A stretch of DNA of 64,000 nucleotides from a virus (taxonomy: Duplodnaviria > Caudoviricetes), in IMG/VR virus record IMGVR_UViG_3300025913_000019; one strand, 5' to 3'. Every line of letters starts with the position of its first letter. The first letter of the stretch is position 1. The position numbers and the translations under genes were made by a program. The notes under the pieces are model-generated. The model was not told the DNA's origin, ran no database searches, and was given only the letters and a program-made list of their open reading frames with translations. This document shows positions 45,979-54,854 of the stretch, one piece after another.

Positions 45979-47087
45979 CCGACAAGAACAACAAGCCGAA
46001 GCCCATCCGCATCGGCATCACGATCCCCGACAATGCGAAGCTCGCGCTCGAGCAGGCGCTGTGGTCCAACGGCCTGGTCCAGAATGCGGTCTTCCTCTAC
46101 CGCACGTTCGAGAAGCTGCCAGGCGTCAAGTGCTTCCTGCTCGGGTCCTTCCCGCTGGCCAAGGCCCTGAAGTGCGACCACACGGTCAAGGGCCCGGGCT
46201 ACCTCGATGTCGTGATCGAGATGTCGGCGAAGATCGACCTGAAGTCGCGTCAAGCCTTCCAGGCACGCGGCGGCAAGGTCGTGCACTACGTGCCGGGCAA
46301 CACGATGTTCCTCAACATGGACAACGCGGTCGGCGCGCCTGTGAACGCGGACGTGCCGCACGGCAACTACGACGCGGTGTGGCTGCTGCCGCACGTCAGT
46401 CCATCGAACTTCGCGTACTACGCGACGATGTACAAGTGCGGCATGGAAGTCGTGCCCATGGTCTGGAGTCCGGAGTTCATGCTCCCTGCCGCGAACAAGG
46501 AACAGGAGTGGCCTTCGTACCAGCCGCAGAAGCGCAAGGTCGTCGGCGTCTTCGAGCCCTCGTTCTCGACCGTGAAGACGCCGCATGTCCCGATCCTGAT
46601 CGCCGACCGCTGCAACAGGCTCAATCCGGAGCAGGGCCCGATCATCGATGAAGTGCGGCTCTTCGGTACCGCAGGCCGTGTCGAAAACGACCCCGGTTTC
46701 CGGTCTTTCACTTCCGTCCTGGGAGTCGAAAACAGGCTCAATTTCACCGAGCGAATTCAAGCGAAAACAGCGTTTTCCGGCCTCGCCTGTGTCCTGAGTC
46801 ACACTGTCGAAAATGGCCTGAATTACAACTGGTGGGAGGCACTTTACGCAGGCTACCCGCTGGTGCACAACAGCGACATCGTACAGGCCGGCTACAGGTA
46901 CAAGAGCTGGAACATCGACGACGGCGCGGACATGCTGCACAACGTGCTGCGCAAGCACGATGATCCGCAGATCAGCGTCGCCTACAACTACGCTGCGAAG
47001 AACTGGCTGGCGAGGCTGGCTCCTGAAGTTGCGGCCAAGGACTACCTGGTGGCGCTGCAACGTCTCCTGGGAAGGAAACTCGGATGA
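45975..47087 (+). CDS. DUF2827-family protein (paralogue)
   Basis: RIGIT...WSNGLVQNAVFL; FEPSFSTVKT; SHTVENGLNYNWWEALYAGYPLVHNS. Confidence 0.8.
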   Translation: MTDKNNKPKPIRIGITIPDNAKLALEQALWSNGLVQNAVFLYRTFEKLPGVKCFLLGSFPLAKALKCDHTVKGPGYLDVVIEMSAKIDLKSRQAFQARGGKVVHYVPGNTMFLNMDNAVGAPVNADVPHGNYDAVWLLPHVSPSNFAYYATMYKCGMEVVPMVWSPEFMLPAANKEQEWPSYQPQKRKVVGVFEPSFSTVKTPHVPILIADRCNRLNPEQGPIIDEVRLFGTAGRVENDPGFRSFTSVLGVENRLNFTERIQAKTAFSGLACVLSHTVENGLNYNWWEALYAGYPLVHNSDIVQAGYRYKSWNIDDGADMLHNVLRKHDDPQISVAYNYAAKNWLARLAPEVAAKDYLVALQRLLGRKLG

Positions 47088-47923
47088 CGAACGAACGCGT
47101 CTTTGGAGTCGACGGCAACTGGTATCTGCATCGCGTGATCCACACGCAGATGTTCGAGCCGGAGGACGAGGCCGACTCTCAGGCCAGGCGTCTCATGGGC
47201 ATGGTCTGCAAAGACGCGATCGCAGTTCAGGCGAAGCGCGTCGCCATCGCGTTCGATGCCGACAAGGTGTTCAGGTACAAGCTGTACCCCGACTACAAGT
47301 CGGGACGCAACGGCAAGGGCAAGGCCGAAAAGGAAGGACCGACGGCCAACCCGTATCTGCACCTGCCGTACATCATGGACTACTTCACAGACCGTGGAAT
47401 CCATGTGGTGCAGACACGGAAGCACGAAGCCGATGATGTGCTCTGCACCTGGGCACACATCCATTCGAACTTCGTGGGCGGCACGCAGGACAAGGACGGC
47501 TACCAGTGGGTCATGGACGGCAAGTTCATGTACGACTCGAGTCGCAAGCCCGAGCCCGTGCGGATCAGGAGCGCTGAGGTCCTGGCTCACTTCGGTATCC
47601 CGCCTGCGGCCTGCATCGACTACCAGACGTTGGTCGGCGATCAGATCGACTCGATCCCGCAGCTCATGCGCAAGGACGAGGTGCTGGTAGGCCTCAAGCG
47701 TCACGGATCGATCCAGGCGTGGGCCAAAGCCGACCCGAAGTTCCTCAAGTTCTGTCGCAAGCACGTCGATGCGCTGAACCTGAATCGCAGGCTGGTACGC
47801 TTGATCCCGAACATCGAGGGCATCGGTGAGGTTCCGCCGATCAAGTGGAGCTCGAAGAAGACGACCGCGGCGTACGACGAGCTGCGGCGTGTCGCAGGTT
47901 CCAAGGTCAAGTCGCTGTTCTGA
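47084..47923 (+). CDS. 5'-3' exonuclease / RNase H (FEN/PolI-N-like)
   Basis: VDGN, EADD, DKD, LVGDQIDSIP. Confidence 0.9.
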   Translation: MTNERVFGVDGNWYLHRVIHTQMFEPEDEADSQARRLMGMVCKDAIAVQAKRVAIAFDADKVFRYKLYPDYKSGRNGKGKAEKEGPTANPYLHLPYIMDYFTDRGIHVVQTRKHEADDVLCTWAHIHSNFVGGTQDKDGYQWVMDGKFMYDSSRKPEPVRIRSAEVLAHFGIPPAACIDYQTLVGDQIDSIPQLMRKDEVLVGLKRHGSIQAWAKADPKFLKFCRKHVDALNLNRRLVRLIPNIEGIGEVPPIKWSSKKTTAAYDELRRVAGSKVKSLF

Positions 47924-47930
47924 AGGCGTG

Positions 47931-47971
47931 AAAAAGGCCGCTGTCCAATCAAGGACAGCGGCCTTTTGTTT
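47931..47971. terminator. Bidirectional intrinsic terminator
   Basis: AAAAGGCCGCTGTCC-AATCAA-GGACAGCGGCCTTTT at the convergence of + and - gene blocks. Confidence 0.9.
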
Positions 47972-47997
47972 GCCTACTCGACTTCGGCTACGGCTGT

Positions 47998-48552
47998 TTA
48001 GCCCACCTTCCAGTTCGTGCCGTCGGAGAAGACGGGGATCGTGACGGCACCGGCGCCGGCCACGGTGGCACCGAAGGTCGGGCTGGTCGCATCCGACACC
48101 ATGGCGCGCGTGCCCTTGCCGGCGTTGGCGGCCGTCGGGAGGGTCGCGACCGTGTAGATGCCGGGCAGGTTGGCAGGCGGCTGCACGATCACGAACGTGC
48201 CCACCGCGTCGGCGAACGTGGCGCCACCGGACACGACCTGGCCGTCGTTGTACACGATGGCCGGAGCCGCGTAGGTCACGACGGTCGAGACGTTGATGGC
48301 GAGCGTGATGGTCGAGCCGTTGGCCAGCGCCGAGTTCAGGTTGGCGAGATCGAGGCTGAACTTCCAGCTGCCGTCACCCTGGAGGGTGTACAGGCCCGGC
48401 GTGTCCATGCCGTACTGCGCGGCCATGACGCAGAACTGGGAACCCGAGGGCACGTCCGAGAAGGCCGTGACCCAGGGCACCTGGACCTTGGAGCTGGAGC
48501 CGGCCAGACCGGCCAGGAGCGCGGTGACCGCGGTGTACGTGAGAATCTTCAT
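47998..48552 (-). CDS. Probable virion structural protein
   Basis: C-terminal TVATLPTA...VSDA...PVFSDGTNWKVG fibre-like motif. Confidence 0.7.
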   Translation of the reverse strand: MKILTYTAVTALLAGLAGSSSKVQVPWVTAFSDVPSGSQFCVMAAQYGMDTPGLYTLQGDGSWKFSLDLANLNSALANGSTITLAINVSTVVTYAAPAIVYNDGQVVSGGATFADAVGTFVIVQPPANLPGIYTVATLPTAANAGKGTRAMVSDATSPTFGATVAGAGAVTIPVFSDGTNWKVG

Positions 48553-48554
48553 GG

Positions 48555-49304
48555 TCAGTCCTTGGGGGTTGAGGGAACAGAGGAAAGTGCCGCACGTGCC
48601 TTCGAGGTCAGCACGATGCAGTCCTGAAGGCCCAGTGCGGCGGGCCCATTCACGCGCTTGCGAAGTGCCAGCGCGTCCGACAGCATCACGGTTGTGATGT
48701 TGTCGTGCCACCACGCGACCGCAGCCTCGATGGGCGCGGTCCCGATGGTACGCATGAGTTCAGGCTGAGTCGAGAACGGGATGTCCGTCTTCTTCTCTGC
48801 CCTGAGGAAGTTGGCTGCGCCCGTGGTCTCGATCCAGCCGGAGCCGCGGTACTTCCAGCCATCGCCATCACGTATGTTGCCGAGGTTGTGAGCGCCCCAG
48901 GCACCGCCGTAAACGATGTTGGCGATCGCCTCCTGATCGGCAGCCTTCGGTGTCGCCGGATAGAACACGCCGTTGACGACGAGACCGGTCTTGCCACCCT
49001 GCGTCGTCAGCGTCTTCTGGTCGACGCGCCCGAACTGCAGCGCCTGCGAGACCGCGATGCGTTGAGTGCCGAAGGTCAGGAGCAAACCGTTCACGTTGTA
49101 GTTCAGGTTCTCCGCCGTCTCGGTCAGCATCGTCGACTCGTGGAGGCACTGACCGAGGAATTGCGCCATCTCTTCGTCGCCGCCATCGAACACGTCGTCG
49201 CTGAGGACGGTCGCGCAATGCGGTGCCCATGCAGCAGCGTGGATGTCGTCGACTCCGCAGAGGTGGAGGATCTTCTGCCAGCCGGCAGCGTCACGCGCCA
49301 TCAT
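48555..49304 (-). CDS. GH19 endolysin
   Basis: AQFLGQCLHES...ENLNY; GNIRDGDGWKYRGSGWIETTG. Confidence 0.9.
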   Translation of the reverse strand: MMARDAAGWQKILHLCGVDDIHAAAWAPHCATVLSDDVFDGGDEEMAQFLGQCLHESTMLTETAENLNYNVNGLLLTFGTQRIAVSQALQFGRVDQKTLTTQGGKTGLVVNGVFYPATPKAADQEAIANIVYGGAWGAHNLGNIRDGDGWKYRGSGWIETTGAANFLRAEKKTDIPFSTQPELMRTIGTAPIEAAVAWWHDNITTVMLSDALALRKRVNGPAALGLQDCIVLTSKARAALSSVPSTPKD

Positions 49305-49315
49305 GTTGTTTCCTT

Positions 49316-49579
49316 TCAGCCGTTGGTCGTCGGCGGTATCGCGAAGAAGGACTTGATGTACGACACGGTCGGACCTTTCAGTATCACGGCCTCTTCGTCG
49401 CCCACCATCCGATCTGGCTCAGCACCGGGCCTCTCTTCATACAGCTGGTATCGATAGATACCCGCGTAGGATGAAGAGGCTTTGATCTTGCAACCGGTTG
49501 CGGTCAAGTTCTCAGCCGTCGGGCAAAGAACGGTGCATCGCTTCCCGTCAAGCATGATCTCAACCGGTGTCTCCATCAT
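49316..49579 (-). CDS. Hypothetical protein inside the lysis cassette
   Basis: AAGGAG SD; overlaps the i-spanin stop. Confidence 0.6.
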   Translation of the reverse strand: MMETPVEIMLDGKRCTVLCPTAENLTATGCKIKASSSYAGIYRYQLYEERPGAEPDRMVGDEEAVILKGPTVSYIKSFFAIPPTTNG

Positions 49580-50226
49580 TTCGTTGCTCCTTGGTCATCG
49601 ACCTTCGTGGTCGTCGTCTGGCTCGGGTCCGTCTCCGTGGCGACACCGAGATGGCCGACGCACTCGTTGTAGTGCGCGACTACTTCGTTTGCGGCAGCTG
49701 CTTCTTCGTCAAGTTGGCGTGCAGTGCTTGCAGAAAGTCGGCACTGGAGACGGTCAGGGAGGGGTCCGACGCCGCCGGCTTGGGGCACGAGGCTACGACC
49801 GTCTGGATAGCCGGCGCAGGTGTTGGTGTCGACATCGACCCACAGGCCGTCAGCGCCGCCAGGGGCAAGAGGACGAGTGTCGACATCGAGAGCAGCTTGT
49901 TTCGCATGATTGACTTCCTTGAGTGCGGTTTGGTACTTCGTGGTGAGGCTCGCGATCTTGTCCTGATCGGCTTTTTCTTTCACGGCATTGGCTGCGTCGT
50001 GCTCTTGCAGAGCCTTCAACGCATCGGCAGCCATGTGCGTCTTCGTGTCGGCCCACACCTGCTTGTCGTGGTCGTAGTCCGACTGCAAGGCCGCGTACTT
50101 CGTGTCCGCCTTGCCCTGCGTGATGAGCGAGCCGTAGTGGTAGCCGAAGCCGAAGATGGCAGCGACCAGAGCCAGGATCGCGATGAGCTTGATCCAAACC
50201 ATGTAGGGAGTCAGTGCGGTGGGCAT
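49576..50226 (-). CDS. Rz-like i-spanin
   Basis: N-terminal TM, coiled coil, Cys-containing C-terminus; nests a lipoprotein ORF. Confidence 0.85.
   Translation of the reverse strand: MPTALTPYMVWIKLIAILALVAAIFGFGYHYGSLITQGKADTKYAALQSDYDHDKQVWADTKTHMAADALKALQEHDAANAVKEKADQDKIASLTTKYQTALKEVNHAKQAALDVDTRPLAPGGADGLWVDVDTNTCAGYPDGRSLVPQAGGVGPLPDRLQCRLSASTARQLDEEAAAANEVVAHYNECVGHLGVATETDPSQTTTTKVDDQGATK
49680..49907 (-). CDS. Rz1-like o-spanin lipoprotein (embedded)
   Basis: Lipobox LTAC then Pro-rich periplasmic tail; alternative frame inside Rz. Confidence 0.8.
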   Translation of the reverse strand: MRNKLLSMSTLVLLPLAALTACGSMSTPTPAPAIQTVVASCPKPAASDPSLTVSSADFLQALHANLTKKQLPQTK

Positions 50227-50248
50227 GTCGTTCTCACTTGTAGTAGGT

Positions 50249-50578
50249 TCAGGACTTGTGGTCCGTGGGGCAGTGGTCGTCGGGACACGGGTACGTCGCG
50301 CAGGTGATGACGCTGAACTTGATGCCGTACCCGCGCATCAGCATGTCGAGGACCGCCACCACCTTGGCGATGAAGGCCACGATCAGGAACTCGGCCGCCC
50401 TGTTCTGGTTTCCGTCCCATGCGCTGACGACAGCGCCGACGCTGAAGCCGAACATGGTGACGATCTCGATCGCAATCGTCAGCGGCGCCGACTTCGTCAT
50501 CGCGTTCGCCGTGCAGATCGAGTGAACGGCCGCAACCAATGCGACCGCGAACATGAGCATGAGTAGTGGTGTGTTCAT
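50249..50578 (-). CDS. Three-TM membrane protein (holin/antiholin-like)
   Basis: Three hydrophobic segments; lysis context. Confidence 0.6.
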   Translation of the reverse strand: MNTPLLMLMFAVALVAAVHSICTANAMTKSAPLTIAIEIVTMFGFSVGAVVSAWDGNQNRAAEFLIVAFIAKVVAVLDMLMRGYGIKFSVITCATYPCPDDHCPTDHKS

Positions 50579-50994
50579 GGCTGATCCTTTGCCGCATTCA
50601 TGCGGTCGAAGACTTCGGAGTCGTGGTCTTCCTTCTCTTCGCGACCGGTGATGACGAGTCGGATGCGCTTCGCGACCATGGGGACGATCCAGGGCCAGAA
50701 CGCCGAGAGCAGGAACGCCAGCGGGTACGGATTCTGGAGCGACTTGTCGTAGTGCGATCCGAGGTACGTCGCCACGTATGGACTGACGAGACCGCCGATC
50801 ATCACCGAGATCATGCTGTTCACCACTGCGTCAGACTTCGACGCCGGGTGATTCTTCACGTAGACGATAGCCGCACCGAAGCCGCCGATGATCCAAACCC
50901 AGGGATCTTTGTGCTCGATGTGAGCAGCGACAGCTCCTTGCGCCCAGGCTTGGCCGCACACCAGGAGCAGGGTCAGTACAAGTTGACGGTTCAT
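50575..50994 (-). CDS. Holin-like membrane protein
   Basis: Multiple TM segments, charged C-terminus. Confidence 0.6.
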   Translation of the reverse strand: MNRQLVLTLLLVCGQAWAQGAVAAHIEHKDPWVWIIGGFGAAIVYVKNHPASKSDAVVNSMISVMIGGLVSPYVATYLGSHYDKSLQNPYPLAFLLSAFWPWIVPMVAKRIRLVITGREEKEDHDSEVFDRMNAAKDQP

Positions 50995-51012
50995 ACGTCC
51001 TCCCTTCTCCTG

Positions 51013-51021
51013 ATGAAATTG
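51013..51021 (-). promoter_or_regulatory. Motif B (CAATTTCAT)
   Basis: Intergenic, ~20 nt upstream of the lysis cassette, correct strand. Confidence 0.55.
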
Positions 51022-51024
51022 CGA

Positions 51025-51639
51025 TCAACGATTCAGGCCGGTGACAAGCAGGCCGAGGTCGACGCCACCGATCGATCGCAGCGGCTGGAGGTTCAGGTGC
51101 GAGACCGACACCCCACTTTCGTTGAGATCGATCTTCGGGTCGCCAGGCTGCGGAGTCGGCAGGTCGTTCGGCAACTGCGTCGCCGTGAGACTGACGTCGC
51201 CGCCACCTCCACCGCCCGAAGACGGCACGTGAGTGACAACCCACACGGCACCGTCTTCGGGGAAGACGTCGGCACTGTCCTGCAGGTGACCGTTCTTCCA
51301 CACCGTGTAGCCGGGCGGGAAGCTCGCGCTTGACTCGACGTTGACGAAAATCTGCAAGATGGCACCGACGGCGATGACGTTGCAGACCTCACGGAAGCCG
51401 AGGCCCAGCTTCCACTTCACGGCGAGGCCTGTGCTGGCCCGTGTGTGTTCGGTCGTCGGCAGCAAGACCCAAAGCCCTGCCACCGAAGAGGCCGAGGGCT
51501 GGGTCAAGACGCAGACAAGATCCTGTGGGCCGACGATGCCGAAGTCAACGACCCACGGGATACCGAGAGAGACCGGGCCGGTGTTCGCATTGAACGTGAC
51601 GGCGGCCGGTTGAAGGAAGGTTGGTGCTGGGGTTGTCAT
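51025..51639 (-). CDS. Hypothetical (probable virion) protein
   Basis: 204-aa ORF with SD. Confidence 0.65.
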   Translation of the reverse strand: MTTPAPTFLQPAAVTFNANTGPVSLGIPWVVDFGIVGPQDLVCVLTQPSASSVAGLWVLLPTTEHTRASTGLAVKWKLGLGFREVCNVIAVGAILQIFVNVESSASFPPGYTVWKNGHLQDSADVFPEDGAVWVVTHVPSSGGGGGGDVSLTATQLPNDLPTPQPGDPKIDLNESGVSVSHLNLQPLRSIGGVDLGLLVTGLNR

Positions 51640-51648
51640 CCCTACTCC

Positions 51649-52863
51649 TTATGTGCATGTGATCCATGAGCTCGTGGCCGACGACCAGTACTTCGCGGGC
51701 TTCGAAACCCAGGCGCTTCCATTCCAGACCTTCCGGGGCTTGCCTGTCACCCAGCTCGTGCCGTTCCAGACCTTGACGACACCTTGCGCAGTGCTTGTGC
51801 TTCGCGGTCCAATCGTGCTCGGATCGAAGTAGTCGGCGTCGACAAAGCCTCGCTTGAAGAACGCCATGCCATCGTTGTCGTAGCTTGCGCTTTGACGACG
51901 GCGACGCGGGGTCACCACACGATTCCGAATCACGCGGAGGTAGGCCGGGAAGCTGAACGTGGACCCGAGACTGTCGGTCGCGGTAACGACGACGGTCGAC
52001 AGGGTCTCACCCTTCTGTGCCTGGTAGACCAGCGTGGGCGAGTTGGTGCCGACATTGACGCCATTGACCGTCCACTGGTAGCTGACGGTCCCCGAGTTGT
52101 TGGCCGCCGTCGTCGTGAACGTGGCGAACTGTCCGACGCTGACGACCTGCGATGCGGGAGTCGTGACGGTCAGGGCTGTCGGGTTCGGATAGAGGACGAT
52201 GATCGCAGCGCTGGTGTCCGAGATCGCGGGGTCAACCGATGTCCACGTCGCGCTCAGCGTCGATCCACCACCCGACGTAATCAACAGGTGACAGTTGTCC
52301 GTCGGGATGTTCAGCGAGCCATTGAGGTACTGAATGTCGTCAGTCCATCCAGCTGGCGGCGTGATCGTGTCTGTAGAGCCGACTGTGTTCTCGTGGCAAC
52401 GCGCACCGAATGCGAGGTCACCGACTTGAACGTTGCCAACCGTGGTGACCGTGATGGTCTGACTGGAGTTGTTCTGGTCGAGCTTGCCGTAGGTACGAAT
52501 CGCCACGCCCTGCGGCGCACCGGTGACGATGTAGACGCGAACAATACCGTCCGAACCGCCAAAGACTTGCGGCGGTACGAACGTGTACGTACCAGGCATG
52601 GCGTTGACGAATTGGCCGAAGCCACCCATCGTACCGCCAGAGCTGAAGAACGGGTTGTAGGCGCCGTTGACTCGACTGGCTGTTCGGCCGGAACCATCCG
52701 GCTGGATAATGCCGACGTCACCGTAAGCGAAGTTCTGGACGCCGTTGAAGTAAACAAGGATCGTCTCGCCGCCAGAGCACTTGAAGCTCTGGTTCCCCGA
52801 CTCCACGTTGTATCCAGCTCCCGTGGAGTTCGCGGCGTAGACCAGTGTAGTCGCGAGTGCCAT
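51649..52863 (-). CDS. Virion protein with Ig-like domain
   Basis: PASQVV..G..ATF...SYQW (I-set-like); VKVWNGTSW terminal repeats. Confidence 0.7.
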   Translation of the reverse strand: MALATTLVYAANSTGAGYNVESGNQSFKCSGGETILVYFNGVQNFAYGDVGIIQPDGSGRTASRVNGAYNPFFSSGGTMGGFGQFVNAMPGTYTFVPPQVFGGSDGIVRVYIVTGAPQGVAIRTYGKLDQNNSSQTITVTTVGNVQVGDLAFGARCHENTVGSTDTITPPAGWTDDIQYLNGSLNIPTDNCHLLITSGGGSTLSATWTSVDPAISDTSAAIIVLYPNPTALTVTTPASQVVSVGQFATFTTTAANNSGTVSYQWTVNGVNVGTNSPTLVYQAQKGETLSTVVVTATDSLGSTFSFPAYLRVIRNRVVTPRRRRQSASYDNDGMAFFKRGFVDADYFDPSTIGPRSTSTAQGVVKVWNGTSWVTGKPRKVWNGSAWVSKPAKYWSSATSSWITCT

Positions 52864-52894
52864 GGTCAGTTCAGCTCACTGGTTGGTCCTGGCT

Positions 52895-54145
52895 TTACAG
52901 GTTGGAATGGCACTGATGAGACATCAGCTCGAAGGCGACAGTCGTGACCGTCACGTTGGCCGTGCCGTTCGACATCGCCAGCTCCTGACCCATGAATGCG
53001 GTGTTGAGAGGCAGGGTCGAACCCGTGATGAACGAATCCACGAGAACGCTGCCGGTCAGCACGTCGGTCAGCTTGTAGCCGATAGTGCTGCCGTTCGGGT
53101 CGCAGGCCATCTCGAAGTCGTAGGTTGCGCCAGCGGCCAGCGCCGAGCCCAGGGTGATCGCGTTCTTGACGGCGGTGCCGGCGTTGACGACCACAAGGCT
53201 CAGGGTCGAGGCCGAGTCCGTCGTGTCATGCCAGAGGCCGATACCGTTGCCGGTCAGGGTGTCGGAGATCACGTAGCCGGAGTTCGAATCGTTGAGACCG
53301 ACGAACAGGCGAACGGTCGCGGCGGCCCAAAGGCCGACAGCGAAGCGCGCATGGAACTGGAAGCCACCCTGCCCGCTGGCATTGCCGCGCCAGTAGCGCT
53401 TTTCAGCTGTCGCCGTGCGAAGACCGAGGACCTGATTGGTCGTCGTCACCACGTTGGCCCAGCGCGTGCGCTTCTGCTGCGCGTAGATACCGGCCGACGG
53501 GGTCGGGTGGCTGACCGTACCGCCAGAGGTCCAACCGACGCCGATGTTGAGACCGACGGTGGAGCCCGTGTTCGGGAAGTAGCAGCTGTAGCCGGACGAG
53601 GACAGACGCTCCTGGAAGCGACGGAACTGGCCGTCAGGCGCAACCCACAGAGGCACCATGCGTTGAGCGACGGTACCGCTGTAGATCGCAAGCGTGCTCG
53701 GATCGGGGGCGGCCGGCGCGTCGACTGTGGTCGCGGCCAGCGTGAGGCGATAGCCCACACCGGTCTGCTTGGGTGTCCCGTCCGAACCGAAGTACGTCCA
53801 GTAGCCGCTCGCGTCGAGGATCACGCGCTCGCCGAAGCCGAGTGTGCCGGCCCACAGGCGGACCACGTTGGTGCCGTCGTAGAACTCGACGCGGATCGCA
53901 TTGTTGACCGACGACGAATCGTTGGCGACGATCAGGCCAGTGACGTTGCGACACGTGGATGCCGCAGGGGACGCGACCACGGTGGTCGTCGTCGCGGTCG
54001 TGATCTGCGTCACGGCGGGGCCGCCGACACCGGTTGCAGCGGGTGTCGACTGGCTCACGTCCACGTAAGACGCCTGCACATCGATTGCGCCGGCAGAGCC
54101 CGTGACGACGCGGATGATGGCAGTTGTGGAATTCAGATTGAGCAT
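52895..54145 (-). CDS. Probable fibre/decoration protein
   Basis: T/G/S-rich beta-sandwich composition; context. Confidence 0.7.
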   Translation of the reverse strand: MLNLNSTTAIIRVVTGSAGAIDVQASYVDVSQSTPAATGVGGPAVTQITTATTTTVVASPAASTCRNVTGLIVANDSSSVNNAIRVEFYDGTNVVRLWAGTLGFGERVILDASGYWTYFGSDGTPKQTGVGYRLTLAATTVDAPAAPDPSTLAIYSGTVAQRMVPLWVAPDGQFRRFQERLSSSGYSCYFPNTGSTVGLNIGVGWTSGGTVSHPTPSAGIYAQQKRTRWANVVTTTNQVLGLRTATAEKRYWRGNASGQGGFQFHARFAVGLWAAATVRLFVGLNDSNSGYVISDTLTGNGIGLWHDTTDSASTLSLVVVNAGTAVKNAITLGSALAAGATYDFEMACDPNGSTIGYKLTDVLTGSVLVDSFITGSTLPLNTAFMGQELAMSNGTANVTVTTVAFELMSHQCHSNL

Positions 54146-54154
54146 GTCAGTACC

Positions 54155-54823
54155 TTAGTTTGTGTCGATCCAGATGTCACCAACCGCAGGATTTGCCGGC
54201 GCGGTCGTACCCACCGACACCGATGCCTCCGGGTGCCAATAGGTTCCGTCCCAGTAGACAGGACGGCCCAGCGTTGACGACCACGCCTGATAGCCGGTAG
54301 TACCGGGGTTAGGCGTCGTGTCACCAGCGGCCACAGCCACCGTGGCAGGATTGACCGTGGACCAGACCGGCGCAGAGCTGGAGCCCTGCGAGGTCAGCAC
54401 CTGTCCGCTCGTGCCGTAGTTCGCACCCGAGAGACCCCAGGCACCGGCGCCCGTGAAACGCAGACGCTCTGTGCTGTTCGTGTAGAACCGCATGTCAGCG
54501 TTTGCACGCTGGACGAGCTGCGCGATGGACGACGAATCCTGACGGAACAGGAAGCCCGAGGTGCCGATGACGTTGCCGTTACCCGCGATTTCGATGCTGC
54601 CGTTCTGAGCACTGGGTGCCGCAACGCTGAACAGCGGAGATCCTGCCGCCGACGTGAGTGCGAGGTTGCCAGTCAGCGTGTTCGACCACTGACTGTCTCC
54701 ACGCAGGAACATCGTCGAGTCGGCAGTGCCCGTGCCCAGCGCCGCCGGGCTGACTACGTCAGTCGACAGCAGCTGGCACAGGTCCCCATTCGCATCGATG
54801 TAGATTGGAAGTCGATTTGCCAT
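54155..54823 (-). CDS. Fibre-like protein
   Basis: FLRGD, GTSGQVLTSQG, VGTTAPANPAVGDIWIDTN motifs. Confidence 0.75.
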   Translation of the reverse strand: MANRLPIYIDANGDLCQLLSTDVVSPAALGTGTADSTMFLRGDSQWSNTLTGNLALTSAAGSPLFSVAAPSAQNGSIEIAGNGNVIGTSGFLFRQDSSSIAQLVQRANADMRFYTNSTERLRFTGAGAWGLSGANYGTSGQVLTSQGSSSAPVWSTVNPATVAVAAGDTTPNPGTTGYQAWSSTLGRPVYWDGTYWHPEASVSVGTTAPANPAVGDIWIDTN

Positions 54824-54854
54824 AGCGTTCCCTCATTCAAAAGCCATGGCCTCC

